Shown: positions 1-10,301, numbered from the stretch's first letter. The stretch is DNA of 64,000 bases from Desulfatiglandales bacterium (GCA_963667015.2 CAXXJJ010000004.1:2336001-2400000), one strand, 5' to 3'. A program made the numbers and translations. Notes: a model not told the origin generated them from the sequence alone.

Positions 1-2257
1 TGACTGCAACATTAAAATTCTTGACCCTTGATTTTGCGGACAAAAGTTCAGTCAGCTCATGATAATGGGTGGCAAAAATCGTCCTTACGCCCTTGTTATC
101 CATATCATGAAGGGCCTCGGCCACTGCCCATGCAATGCTCAGACCATCATATGTGCTGGTTCCCCGCCCTATTTCATCAAGTATTACAAGGCTCTTTGAA
201 GTAGCATGACGAAGGATGTTTGCAGTTTCATCCATCTCCACCATAAATGTACTCTGACCTCTTGTAAGGTCATCGGATGCCCCTATCCTTGTAAATATCC
301 TGTCGACAATCCCTATTACAGCCTTTGAAGCCGGAACAAAACCTCCCATCTGCGCCATTAATACTGTGAGAGCGGTCTGTCTCAGGATCGTGGATTTACC
401 GGCCATATTAGGGCCGGTGATAATCATTATCTGTTGTTCCGAGTCATCAAGGTAGATGTCATTTGGTACAAAATCCTCATCCTTTACAGTCTGCTCAATT
501 ACCGGATGTCTGCCGTCCACTATATTGATAACACCTTCTCCGTTTACCTCCGGACACACATATCCGTTTTGTTCTGCGACCTCTGCCAGACCAGCCAGTG
601 CATCAATTGCCCCGATCTTTGCCGCGGTATCCTTGATTCGGCGGTTTTCAAGGGCGATCTTTGAACGGATATTTTCAAAAATACTTAACTCAAGTTCAAT
701 ACGTTTTTCTTCGGCTCCAATAACCTTGTCTTCATGCTCCTTGAGAGCTTCGGTAATATACCTCTCACAATTCACCAGAGTCTGTTTTCTGATATAATCA
801 TCCGGAACAAGATGAATATTGGATTTTGTTATCTCTATAAAATACCCGAATACCTTGTTGTATCCTATCTTAAGCTTTGGAATGCCTGTCCTTTCCTGTT
901 CCTGCCGGGCAAGCTCATTTATCCATTTTTTCCCGTGTCTTGTAATCGATATCAACTCGTCGAGTTCGGCATTATAACCTTCCCTTATAAGCCCGCCCTC
1001 CCTGAGAGAAACCGGAGGTTCTTCGCATATTGCCTCCTCTATTATTTCGGCAATATCCTGAAGGGTATCGAGATTTTCGGCAATATCAGACAGCAGCTCG
1101 CTTGTAGATATTGCCAGCCGGTTTTTGATTGCCGGAAGCTTCATGACTGAGGTCTTGAGCGCCACCAGATCACGCGCATTCGCGCGGCCAAGAGAGACCT
1201 TGCCATTCAGTCTTTCAAGGTCATATATACCGTCAAGCTGTTCCCTGATATCTTCACGAAAAATCGGGTCATCCCTGAAATTTGACACTGCCGCAAGTCT
1301 CTGTTTGATTTTTCCCAGGTCCACAAGAGGATATCCTATCCATCTCTTCAGGAGCCGGCTCCCCATGGGAGTGACTGTCTTTTCAAGGATTTTAAAGAGA
1401 GACCCTTTGGAAGATCGCCTGCGCATGGTTTCAAACAATTCAAGACTTAGAGTGGTTGACTCATCCAGGAACATATAATCACCCAGATGGTAGGTTGTAA
1501 TCTCTTTAATATGATCAGGATTACCCTTCTGGGTTTCCCTGAGATACTGGGCAATGGAACCTGCTGCAGCCGTACCCTCTTTCATATTCTCACAACCGAA
1601 ACCTGCAAGGGATTTTACACCGAGTTGCTCCTTCAGGATAAGCTCTGACCTGTTCCTGTCATATTCGGTACTCTTCAGTACTTCAATCCTGTACCGGGCA
1701 AGCTCCCTGTTTTCAATCAACGGATCCGACTCATAAAGCAGCAGTTCGGCCGGCTCTATTCTTCCCAGTTCATCGAACAGCTCCCGCCATTCCCTTACCT
1801 CTGTTACCCTGAAATCGCCGGTAGACAGATCAACATGGGCAAGTCCGTAGACATGGTCACCGGAAACAACAGCTGCCATATAAAGATTGCGGTCACTCTC
1901 AATATCCAGCTCTTCAACAACAGAACCGGGGGTTATTACACGTACAACATCCCTCTTTACAATACCCTTGCTTTTTTTAGGATCTTCAACCTGCTCACAG
2001 ACAGCAACCTTGCATCCGCTTTCTATGAGTTTCGCCACATAGGATCTTGATGAATGGTGGGGAACTCCGCACATGGGAATCTTGCTTCCATTGTAAGATC
2101 CTCTCGATGTAAGTGTAATACCGAGTATTTTTGATGCCTTCTCGGCATCATCAAAAAACATTTCATAGAAGTCGCCCATCCGGTAAAATAAAATAGTATC
2201 AGGATAGGAATTTTTAATATCAAGAAACTGCCTGAGCATAGGTGTCATTTCGCTCAT
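1..2257 (-). CDS. mutS: DNA mismatch repair protein MutS (3' end runs off the window)
   Basis: Manual translation from ATG 2257 gives MSEMTPMLRQFLDIKNSYPDTILFYRMGDFYEMFFDDA. The same frame carries Walker A TGPNMAGKS (~392-418), STFMVEM and ILDEIGRGTSTYDGLSIAWA. Absent from the ORF track because there is no stop in the window. Confidence 0.97.
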   Translation of the reverse strand, partial: MSEMTPMLRQFLDIKNSYPDTILFYRMGDFYEMFFDDAEKASKILGITLTSRGSYNGSKIPMCGVPHHSSRSYVAKLIESGCKVAVCEQVEDPKKSKGIVKRDVVRVITPGSVVEELDIESDRNLYMAAVVSGDHVYGLAHVDLSTGDFRVTEVREWRELFDELGRIEPAELLLYESDPLIENRELARYRIEVLKSTEYDRNRSELILKEQLGVKSLAGFGCENMKEGTAAAGSIAQYLRETQKGNPDHIKEITTYHLGDYMFLDESTTLSLELFETMRRRSSKGSLFKILEKTVTPMGSRLLKRWIGYPLVDLGKIKQRLAAVSNFRDDPIFREDIREQLDGIYDLERLNGKVSLGRANARDLVALKTSVMKLPAIKNRLAISTSELLSDIAENLDTLQDIAEIIEEAICEEPPVSLREGGLIREGYNAELDELISITRHGKKWINELARQEQERTGIPKLKIGYNKVFGYFIEITKSNIHLVPDDYIRKQTLVNCERYITEALKEHEDKVIGAEEKRIELELSIFENIRSKIALENRRIKDTAAKIGAIDALAGLAEVAEQNGYVCPEVNGEGVINIVDGRHPVIEQTVKDEDFVPNDIYLDDSEQQIMIITGPNMAGKSTILRQTALTVLMAQMGGFVPASKAVIGIVDRIFTRIGASDDLTRGQSTFMVEMDETANILRHATSKSLVILDEIGRGTSTYDGLSIAWAVAEALHDMDNKGVRTIFATHYHELTELLSAKSRVKNFNVAV

Positions 2258-3531
2258 GATTCTTCCCCCTGACTATGCTCAAAAGATTCTTTCAGAAGCA
2301 GCTCCGGTCTCGAAATTGTACGCAGATTCTTTAACCCGGAATCAATAAAAGAAATGGTGTCCCATTTTTTACACTGGGGGCATTGCCATTGGAGATCGCC
2401 AGGCTGGAAACCGCAGTTAATGCACTGAAATTCAGGATAACGAAAATTCAACCGGGGCAGCAGGTCCCGGTATGCATTCAGGGCTTCGGCAGACCTGCCT
2501 GTTTCAAGTAAAATCTCACCCATAAACCTTCTTACTTCCCAGAAGACGGAATCAAGTTCAAGCGCTTTCTTAAGTTCATCAAGAGCCTCATCATATTTTT
2601 TTTCATTATACATGCATCGCGCAAGGGCAAGGTGAGTAAAGGCATCGGAATTGAACCGGGCACACTCCTTAAGAAAATTCTCTATCTGTTTTACGTCCTT
2701 TAATTTATCGTAGGCTCCCTCAAGTCTTCGGTAGGCAAGAAAAGTCAATTTAGGTGATATATTTACGATGCGACGCCATGTAGACATTGCCTGTTTTACG
2801 TCTCCAGTGGAAAGAAAAAGATCCCCCAGATGAAGATAGGCGTCAATACAATGCTTATCAATTGAAATTGCCTTTTTCAGTATTGATTTGGCCTTTACTG
2901 TTTCACCTTTTTCAAACAGGGCCTTTCCGGCTTCTGTCTTGTGATGAGCCAGTATATTTCTGTGATCACCTTTTTTGAGTTTCGCAATTTTTTGACGAAT
3001 GGAAAAGGCGTTTTCCCAGTCTTTCATCTCCTCATAAATTTTTTCCAGTTCTTCGAGTGTGGGTAAATTCGAAGGTTGTTTTTGCAGGACTTTCAGAAAT
3101 GATTCAAGGGCGCGGTCTAGAAAACCACCTTTTTTATAGTCAAGCCCGAGATCATACAAGGCCCTGAGTTTTGTTTCTTCATCTATATTCTGCCTGAGGA
3201 TAATGGTCTTACGGATATGTATCGCCCTGTCTATATCACCCCTGGACCTGTACAGGTTTCCAAGCGCAATATATGTTTCTATTGTATCTGAATTAACCTG
3301 GACGGATTTTGCAAATTCTTCTATAGCAAGATCTGGATCATTGGAAAGGAGGTATTGTATACCTCTAAAAAAGGCATTATCACCTTTATCAATATTTGAA
3401 TTTCTTGTGCTGCTGTATTTTGCCCCGAAGTATCTTCCTAATAAAAAAACTAAAACCAGGGCTATAATAAGGCAGGATACAAACCTTATAACCTCAGGAT
3501 CAGCAATATACTGCCAGACCTGTTCGAACAT
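2254..3531 (-). CDS. lapB: Lipopolysaccharide assembly protein B (TM + TPR + C-terminal rubredoxin-like domain)
   Basis: N-terminal TM, ALGNLYRSRGDIDRAIHIR, TPR repeats, C-terminal CINCG..WQCPQCKKWDT; follows a lapA-like gene; stop overlaps the mutS start (ATGA). Confidence 0.88.
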   Translation of the reverse strand: MFEQVWQYIADPEVIRFVSCLIIALVLVFLLGRYFGAKYSSTRNSNIDKGDNAFFRGIQYLLSNDPDLAIEEFAKSVQVNSDTIETYIALGNLYRSRGDIDRAIHIRKTIILRQNIDEETKLRALYDLGLDYKKGGFLDRALESFLKVLQKQPSNLPTLEELEKIYEEMKDWENAFSIRQKIAKLKKGDHRNILAHHKTEAGKALFEKGETVKAKSILKKAISIDKHCIDAYLHLGDLFLSTGDVKQAMSTWRRIVNISPKLTFLAYRRLEGAYDKLKDVKQIENFLKECARFNSDAFTHLALARCMYNEKKYDEALDELKKALELDSVFWEVRRFMGEILLETGRSAEALNAYRDLLPRLNFRYPEFQCINCGFQPGDLQWQCPQCKKWDTISFIDSGLKNLRTISRPELLLKESFEHSQGEES

Positions 3532-3544
3532 TTCTTATCCCCGT

Positions 3545-3901
3545 CTATGTGAATTCTATATCATCATCCTGGACGCCGGGAGTTATACCCTCCGAAACAA
3601 TTGGCAGGTTTCTCAAGGAATTCAACTCTTTGTCTTTTTCCATAGACTCTTTTTTCAATCTCTTAATCTGTTTTCTCAATTGAATTCTCTCTAGTAGATC
3701 ATAAATCCAGATAATTATTACGCCCAGTACAAAGGATATTATAGAAAGCAAATATATGTTTAACTCGGGTGATTCAAATTTGGCAAACTTGAAATCAGCT
3801 TTTAAAATAATTTTTGTACTGAATGCTTCATCATTTTGCACCAGAAGAATAAATATAAACAGGAATATAAAAATCATAAATAAATATTTAATATGTTTCA
3901 T
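3545..3901 (-). CDS. lapA: LapA family membrane protein
   Basis: Two TM segments with QN motif, C-terminal coiled coil ELNSLRNLP; directly upstream of lapB. Confidence 0.8.
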   Translation of the reverse strand: MKHIKYLFMIFIFLFIFILLVQNDEAFSTKIILKADFKFAKFESPELNIYLLSIISFVLGVIIIWIYDLLERIQLRKQIKRLKKESMEKDKELNSLRNLPIVSEGITPGVQDDDIEFT

Positions 3902-3992
3902 ACTGAATTCTCCTTCCTCTTCATGCGATTAATACCCAACAATATATTTTTATAATTACCCGGTTATTGCCAAAGATATATCGCTCTATCTT

Positions 3993-4478
3993 TTATATAT
4001 TTTCAAAATATGGTTTCAGTTTTTTAAAGGTCTCCCGTATATGCTCGGGAATCAAGCGGACCTCTCCAAGGACTGTCATAAAGTTGGAATCTCCGTTCCA
4101 CCTTGGGACTATATGAAAATGCATGTGCTCCTCAACACCTGCGCCCGCAACCTTTCCGAGATTCAACCCGACATTGAACCCATCGGGATTAAATGCCTTT
4201 TTTAATATTTCAACTGTATCATTTACTTTTAACATAATGTCGAGACGCTCCTCATCTTCAAGCATATCAAGACCAAAACAATGTTTAATCGGGCAAACCA
4301 GTAAATGGCCATTTGAGTAAGGATACTTATTCATAATGACCATTGATTTATCTCCCACATACAGTATCAAGCGTTCTTCATCATTTTCCCTGTTTTCACC
4401 CGCACAAAAAATACAACCCTGCTGTTTTTTACTGGATAGAATATATTCCATTCGCCAGGGTGTCCAGAGCACTTCCAT
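3993..4478 (-). CDS. HIT family nucleotide hydrolase/phosphorylase (Fhit/Ap4A phosphorylase-like)
   Basis: LWTPWRMEYI, CIFC, NKYPYSNGHLL, histidine triad HMHFHIVPR. Confidence 0.92.
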   Translation of the reverse strand: MEVLWTPWRMEYILSSKKQQGCIFCAGENRENDEERLILYVGDKSMVIMNKYPYSNGHLLVCPIKHCFGLDMLEDEERLDIMLKVNDTVEILKKAFNPDGFNVGLNLGKVAGAGVEEHMHFHIVPRWNGDSNFMTVLGEVRLIPEHIRETFKKLKPYFENI

Positions 4479-4653
4479 TAATTCCTCCGTTGCGGTTTTA
4501 TGACAAATATTGCAAAATAAACAAATTTTAATGAGATTATAGCAATATCATGAAAAAGACAAGTTGTAATCCAATATGTATAAATGGTTTGACTGACACA
4601 TATTTTTTTTGTATTCCCTGTCATAAAACCAGAAGTAAACACGAGGAACTGAT

Positions 4654-5146
4654 ATGCCGATATACGAATTCTACTGTAAAAAATGCCACACAATATTCAA
4701 TTTCTTCTCCAGCTCGGTAAATGTCGAAAAAACACCAACCTGCCCTAAATGCAATAAGATAAAACTGGAAAGGCAAATGTCAAAATTTGCAACCATAAAG
4801 CACAAGGGTGATGAACCGGATGACATGCCCATGCCGGACATGGATGAATCAAAGCTCGAACAGGCCATGAATATTGCTGGCAAAGGAAGCGGAAAACATT
4901 AATGAGGATGATCCCAGGCAGGCGGCAAACCTGATGAGAAAGCTGTCAGACATGACAGGTCTTAACCTGGGTCCTGGCATGGAAGAGGCTCTTGCACGAA
5001 TGGAGGCAGGAGAAGATCCTGAGCAGATAGAATCGGAAATGGGTGATCTCCTGGAAGGCGAAGATCCATTCAGCTTCAAAGAAAAAACATTTAAGCTGCT
5101 CAGGGAGCGGCCTCCAAAGGTAGATGAAGAACTTTACTATCTCTAG
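4654..5146 (+). pseudogene. FmdB-family zinc-ribbon protein split by a single-base frameshift (or sequencing error)
   Basis: MPIYEFYCKKC..CPKC ORF (4654-4902) continues in the +1 frame (4874-5146, LAKEAENINEDDPRQAA). Removing one T at 4874/4875 gives a single 163-aa ORF. Confidence 0.75.
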
Positions 5147-5196
5147 TTTAAGAGAAACAGCCTCACAATTATTTTTTCTAAAGGGAGGACAACATC

Positions 5197-5850
5197 ATGA
5201 AAATAAAATGGAATGGTCATGCAAGTTTTACAATAACCGCTGCCGACGGAACAGTTCTTGTTACCGATCCCTATGATCCAAATGGTTATGACGGAGCATT
5301 GCAGTATGCAGAGGTAAAAGACCGGGCAGATGGAGCTGTTATCAGTCACGATCATGCTGACCACAATTATGCAGAAGGTCTTGCAGGCGATCCACTGGTG
5401 ATAAGGGGATCAGACAGCGTAAAGGGCATTGAAATAGAGGGAATTGAGACCTTTCATGATGAATCAAAGGGATCAGAACGCGGTAAAAATGTGGTTTTTA
5501 TTCTCAATATTGACGGCATGAAGACCTGTTTTTGCGGTGATCTTGGTCACCAGCTTTCTGATGAACAGGTTGCAGCTGCAGGAAAAATCGACATACTTCT
5601 CGTACCGATCGGCGGGTTTTTCACTCTTGATGCTGAAGGCGCTGCACAGTTAGTGCAAACCCTCAAACCGAAGATTGTTATTCCAATGCATTACAAAACC
5701 TCAAAATGCGGATTTCCCATCAGTGATGCCGAACCTTTTCTGTCTCTCATGAAGGATGTAAAAAAACTGGATAAAACGGAAATTGAGATTAACGCTGAAG
5801 GGCTGCCAACAGCAGGAACTGAGGTATGGGTATTGAATCACGCGTGTTGA
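5197..5850 (+). CDS. MBL-fold metallo-hydrolase
   Basis: GHASF, TDPY, SHDHADHN, HD, GDLGH, IPMHYKT; RBS GGAGG. Confidence 0.9.
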   Translation: MKIKWNGHASFTITAADGTVLVTDPYDPNGYDGALQYAEVKDRADGAVISHDHADHNYAEGLAGDPLVIRGSDSVKGIEIEGIETFHDESKGSERGKNVVFILNIDGMKTCFCGDLGHQLSDEQVAAAGKIDILLVPIGGFFTLDAEGAAQLVQTLKPKIVIPMHYKTSKCGFPISDAEPFLSLMKDVKKLDKTEIEINAEGLPTAGTEVWVLNHAC

Positions 5851-5856
5851 TAAAAA

Positions 5857-5926
5857 AAGGTTTACGGTATACGGTTTTAGGCATAAGGTTTCTTTAAATC
5901 ACCCTTAACCGTATACCTTACGCCTT
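5857..5926. repeat. Inverted array of degenerate 7-bp repeats between convergent genes (possible bidirectional terminator)
   Basis: AAGGTTT ACGGTAT ACGGTTT TAGGCAT AAGGTTT followed by reverse-complement units (CCCTTAACCGTATACCTTACGCCTTT). Confidence 0.65.
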
Positions 5927-6652
5927 TCCTATTGCCTTTAATTCCACCTCACCCCAGGCAGTCATCTCATCATCCATAATGGCTACCCCGCCCAGTACAC
6001 CATCAATAGCATTCGCTTCTTCGGAAATCCTTCGGAGATCTTTTTTGGTTTTTATCCTGTTTCCAAGGGCAGTTGCCGCAGCATCCGCAAGAACAGCGGA
6101 CCGAGAAAGGATGCACACAACATCAGAGTTCCCCATGCTTAGGGAATGCCCTATTCTGCCCGAAGATGAACAAACACCCAGGGGCATCATTCTTTCCGGT
6201 ATAACAATACCGACTTTTTCACTCAAGGGTGACGTACCGGCAAAGATGGAAACCGTGACATCCCTTGAGACATTCATATATATATCACCGCCATTTTCAA
6301 TAATTACCTGATCCGAAAGATTTTTAAGTCCATATGCAACATGCTGAGCCATTGCACCGGCAATGGATGCCATTGGACCGACACCTGCTTTTCCTGAGCA
6401 TGAGATCATATCACGGACAATTCTGGGGGCATAAAGGTCATCGGGATAGGGTTCAAGTGCGGTCTGAAAATCAGGATGCAACATGATATAGCTTTCAAGC
6501 TTATACCTGAGATCGTAGACGATATCTTCAGTTTCCTTTTTATAATCATCAGCAGCACTTATCCATAGATCGGTTTCCTTTATGCTGACATTGTATGCAG
6601 TCAGGTCGCTGATTTTTATTTTATTTCTATAATTACGCTCTACATATTCCAA
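5918..6652 (-). CDS. UPF0280 / ApbE-like family protein
   Basis: ETDL, VGPMASIAGA, IENGGDI, GVCSSSGRIGHSLSMG, LADAAATALGN. Confidence 0.9.
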   Translation of the reverse strand: MEYVERNYRNKIKISDLTAYNVSIKETDLWISAADDYKKETEDIVYDLRYKLESYIMLHPDFQTALEPYPDDLYAPRIVRDMISCSGKAGVGPMASIAGAMAQHVAYGLKNLSDQVIIENGGDIYMNVSRDVTVSIFAGTSPLSEKVGIVIPERMMPLGVCSSSGRIGHSLSMGNSDVVCILSRSAVLADAAATALGNRIKTKKDLRRISEEANAIDGVLGGVAIMDDEMTAWGEVELKAIGKA

Positions 6653-6670
6653 TTCTGTTCAATCCCCTGT

Positions 6671-8713
6671 TTATGATTTCTTTAAGAGACAGTTATTAAC
6701 AATATCAACTGCCTTTTGCTTTAACTCAAGACCCAATTTATTTTCAGCCTGAATGCTGTCTTCGACAGCAGCCATGGCATCATAAAAAAGCTTCCATGCC
6801 CGTCTTTCATTCTGATACCGTGCCTTCAGTCTTCCTGCCTCATCAGAAGAAAAATCAATGGCCTCAGAAATTCTTTTTGCACCTGAACAGACAAATTCAG
6901 ATGCTTCATTCTTTTTTCCTTCACCAAACAGGGACATCGCCTTAAGTGCAAATCTCAGATAAACAACAGTCTTCGGGATATAGGAAATGAAGCAGCCGGT
7001 GAAGGGATCAACCAGGTCCTTCACCTGCTTTAAATCCTCTGATATTACCCTTCCATAGGCAGAAAAATAAAGGATGCGTATGTAATCACCTATCAGCTTT
7101 GAGACATGGGCTGATTTGATTGCCTCCTGGGCAAAGGATTCCTTGTCATGTCTCATGATCAGCCCATCCTTATGCACATAGGCCAGGCGTTCCCCCCTGT
7201 TAAAAAGGGTCGATAAAATGTATGCCTGATCCTCAGCCCTGCCTATAAATGTCGGAGTGAAGGGCCTGTGCCGTTTGAGGCTCTCGATCAGGATTCCGTT
7301 TGTTCCTCCGGTTACATGAATACGTTCAATACACTCACGCTTTCCATCAATACCGCTCTCTTCACTATACCTTGTCATCATCTCTGCTTCAGTTGACAAT
7401 GCCTGAGGTAACTGGCTGAAAAATACAGATTCATCAGGATTTAACTTTTTTGCCGGAAAGTTAACATCAGGCGTAAAAAGTCCTCTGGAAATATCAGAGT
7501 CATTTACCAGCGCCCCTGCTATCATGCCGAGTTCAACAGGGTTTCCGCCGGAATCGATCCCGCATGCACCCCATAGATCTGTCTTAAAATGTTCGAAGGC
7601 GGAACTGTACGTCTCACGCACAAGTTCATCCTGGGGAAACACCTGATCAAGGTCAATCTTAAAAGTAGCTTTGACTCTGCCGTCGATCATTACATTCCAG
7701 AAAAGGGCAATTGCCTTTAAAAAACTGTAATGGCGTCCATATTCACCGTCAACGCCAAAGACATCCAGCAGTCCTGACGCATCCCTGTTAAGAAACTTTT
7801 CTGCAGCAGGTATAATAATCTCTTTAACAATTCTCCGGGCATCGGTCTCTGTGAAGACATATACATCCAGATTGTCCAGATCATCTGAACCGGACAGGGC
7901 ATCCTCAAGATAGGGTCTTGCTGTCTCATGGAGCCCTTTATGAGTTACTGAAACAGATAAAAGACATACTGTTTTGTAATCCCCGGTGGAATTGCCCATG
8001 TTTTTTTCAAACCGGACAGCCTTTTCAAGGCCGTGTAGTCCATATAAAAATTCATTATTTTCATTTTTTACACCAATCTGTATGGGATGATCATACCAGT
8101 AAAGCTGATCGTCTCTGGTTACATCTGCCAACCTGTTTTTTACAGATTCTGCAACCGGTAAAACATTTATATCAGATCCGGGTGCAGGGACAGTCAACAG
8201 CACATTTGACGTAAAAAGTATCTCTCTGGCAGGATTGTTTATCGGATTTTCATTGAGGTCTGTAATCTTAATCAGCCTCTTTTTTCGCAAGGATTCTATG
8301 GCCTGATCTTCTCTGGTAAAAATACCACATCCCTCAGGAAAAAAGACTGACCATATGTTCTCTATGACTTCATCCTCATCAATATTATGATTACCCTCCA
8401 TGACCCATTGCGCCAGGGATTTTAATCTGTTTTTGAAATATTCATTCTCACTTACTCTTAGATCAATTTCTTCATTTATGCAGTCAATGCCCTTCAGGTA
8501 AAAATCCGCAATACTGCCATACTGCTCGGAATCCTTCATCTTTAATAAAAACTCGGCGGAACTATGGGGCTTTTCGTCATTATCTTCAGCCAGCGCGGAT
8601 AAAAAGGTCATATTCAATTGAAGGGGGATATCTCTTTCATCGGGTGTAATTTCAACTTTATTTACCAGTTCATCGATAAGCCAATTCAAAATGATCTTGA
8701 AGTCTTTATTCAT
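6671..8713 (-). CDS. Conserved-looking hypothetical protein, possible GT-A-fold nucleotide-sugar enzyme
   Basis: 680-aa ORF with RBS; motif-like blocks YWYDHP, YGRHYSFLKA, FKIDLDQVFPQ, HVTGGTNG, GRAEDQAY. Confidence 0.75.
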   Translation of the reverse strand: MNKDFKIILNWLIDELVNKVEITPDERDIPLQLNMTFLSALAEDNDEKPHSSAEFLLKMKDSEQYGSIADFYLKGIDCINEEIDLRVSENEYFKNRLKSLAQWVMEGNHNIDEDEVIENIWSVFFPEGCGIFTREDQAIESLRKKRLIKITDLNENPINNPAREILFTSNVLLTVPAPGSDINVLPVAESVKNRLADVTRDDQLYWYDHPIQIGVKNENNEFLYGLHGLEKAVRFEKNMGNSTGDYKTVCLLSVSVTHKGLHETARPYLEDALSGSDDLDNLDVYVFTETDARRIVKEIIIPAAEKFLNRDASGLLDVFGVDGEYGRHYSFLKAIALFWNVMIDGRVKATFKIDLDQVFPQDELVRETYSSAFEHFKTDLWGACGIDSGGNPVELGMIAGALVNDSDISRGLFTPDVNFPAKKLNPDESVFFSQLPQALSTEAEMMTRYSEESGIDGKRECIERIHVTGGTNGILIESLKRHRPFTPTFIGRAEDQAYILSTLFNRGERLAYVHKDGLIMRHDKESFAQEAIKSAHVSKLIGDYIRILYFSAYGRVISEDLKQVKDLVDPFTGCFISYIPKTVVYLRFALKAMSLFGEGKKNEASEFVCSGAKRISEAIDFSSDEAGRLKARYQNERRAWKLFYDAMAAVEDSIQAENKLGLELKQKAVDIVNNCLLKKS

Positions 8714-8815
8714 GTGATCTCCGGAATTAATTAAACCAATTTACCTAGCCATCACGCAATCAGTCGGTTAAGATACCACAAGTCCGTGAATACTGTCCAG
8801 AAGGGGGAAAAGATA

Positions 8816-8844
8816 TTGACTTACCATTTTTCACAAAGGATAAT
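8816..8844 (+). promoter_or_regulatory. sigma70-like promoter (distal)
   Basis: TTGACT-N17-GATAAT. Confidence 0.4.
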
Positions 8845-8904
8845 TTATGCATGGGGATATTTATATGTCCTACAGGGCATTTAAAGCCTTTTTTGAAACA
8901 TCCG

Positions 8905-8933
8905 TTGAATAACGATCAAAGTTATTTTATAAT
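8905..8933 (+). promoter_or_regulatory. sigma70-like promoter for the CBS gene
   Basis: TTGAAT-N17-TATAAT, 87 nt upstream of ATG 9020. Confidence 0.55.
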
Positions 8934-9019
8934 TTAAAGCGATTCTGATAATTGTCAAAACAGGCGGATAAATCCGCTTTAAGAATAGTCCTTTGTTAAC
9001 CTTTAAAAAGGGGGTCGCA

Positions 9020-9496
9020 ATGGTTAGTCTTCTGGCAAAAGATATTATGAATCCGGATGTCCTCTCTGTTGGCCCGGACTGGTCCATTGGCCAGCTGGCT
9101 GATTTTCTATGCGCAAACTCCATCTCAGGCGCACCGGTCATATCTGAAGACAACAAATTACTGGGTGTCGTATCCATGACTGACCTTGTCCGCCAGGCAA
9201 GTATGCCGGGCGTAAATTCATGCCTGGTTAGCGCAGACGAATCCTATATCCACTCACCGGAAAGACAGTACTCACCGGAGGAAATAGGAACTTCCCGGAT
9301 TGATGCACAGTCTCTTGTAACTGTAAACGATATCATGACACCTGTAACATTCAATGTAAATGAGTATACAAGGATACAGGATGTTGCAGATGCCATGTTA
9401 AGGGGACGAATACACAGGGTATTTGTAACCCGTAATGAATCCCTTATAGGAATCATTACAACCATGGATCTGCTCAGCGCTGTAAGAGACCTTTAA
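9020..9496 (+). CDS. Tandem CBS-domain protein
   Basis: AKDIMN..ISGAPV..GVVSMTDL and VNDIMT..IHRVFV..GIITTMDLL; start placed at ATG 9020 after AAGGGGG RBS (track starts at 8993). Confidence 0.9.
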   Translation: MVSLLAKDIMNPDVLSVGPDWSIGQLADFLCANSISGAPVISEDNKLLGVVSMTDLVRQASMPGVNSCLVSADESYIHSPERQYSPEEIGTSRIDAQSLVTVNDIMTPVTFNVNEYTRIQDVADAMLRGRIHRVFVTRNESLIGIITTMDLLSAVRDL

Positions 9497-9524
9497 TTTT
9501 TATTTATTGATTTGAGGATTGCCT

Positions 9525-9815
9525 TTATTTTCTGAAAAGCGCCTCAAGGGCTTCTTTTGCTTCCCGGGTTCTGTAAATAGTCCCGCTTATTTCCTTTGAG
9601 CCCTTTGGTACGAAGTAATCACAATAGTTTGATCTTTCCTTATCGGAAATTCTTTCCGCCATAACCTCTTTACACTCATTATAGGCGCGGTGATCAAAAA
9701 ACTTACATTGTTTGCAGCATCTCAGGTCACGTTGACAGTGGGGACAAGTGTCCCTCCTGCTTATCTTTCCTTCAACAGGGACCTTCTTTCCGCAAAAAAC
9801 ACATTCCATTTTCAT
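9525..9815 (-). CDS. Small Cys-rich (probable Zn-binding) hypothetical protein
   Basis: CVFC, CPHC, CCKQC, NEC, NYCDYF; RBS GGGAGGG. Confidence 0.8.
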   Translation of the reverse strand: MKMECVFCGKKVPVEGKISRRDTCPHCQRDLRCCKQCKFFDHRAYNECKEVMAERISDKERSNYCDYFVPKGSKEISGTIYRTREAKEALEALFRK

Positions 9816-10301
9816 ATTCCCTCCCGAATTCTGAAAATTAAATTTTTTTTTGCCTAATGATCCTGCGGGTTAAATCCTGCAGGACTGTTGATAATAAAAA
9901 TATACTTAAGAATTGTTTTGTTTCTATGAAAAACCGTTTTGAGGCAGAAGTCTGAGAAAGGTTCTCTAACTATTCGGTTCGTATTTACGGTGCCTTTTCA
10001 TACAAAAAAATGCCTATTCTTGAAACCCCCAGAATTATCATTGCAATTAAAATAATAATTATTTTTTCGGATGCAAGTTCTGGGACTGATACTCAAACTT
10101 AAATATTTTCACTGTGAGTATCAACTGTTTAATTCAATATACTAATCGTTTGATAATATAAAAAACTTTAAAAAAATATATCGGTTGTTTGATAGTTATT
10201 ATATTATACTCAACATATAATGATTATTCAATTAATATATCATTAATATAAAATCAATGAAAAAAATGTATTTTTATGATTTTTTTTGACCTTAAAATAA
10301 A

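Noticed and set aside
434..2223. Short ORFs over the first 2.2 kb
   Set aside because: Shadows or alternate frames of mutS
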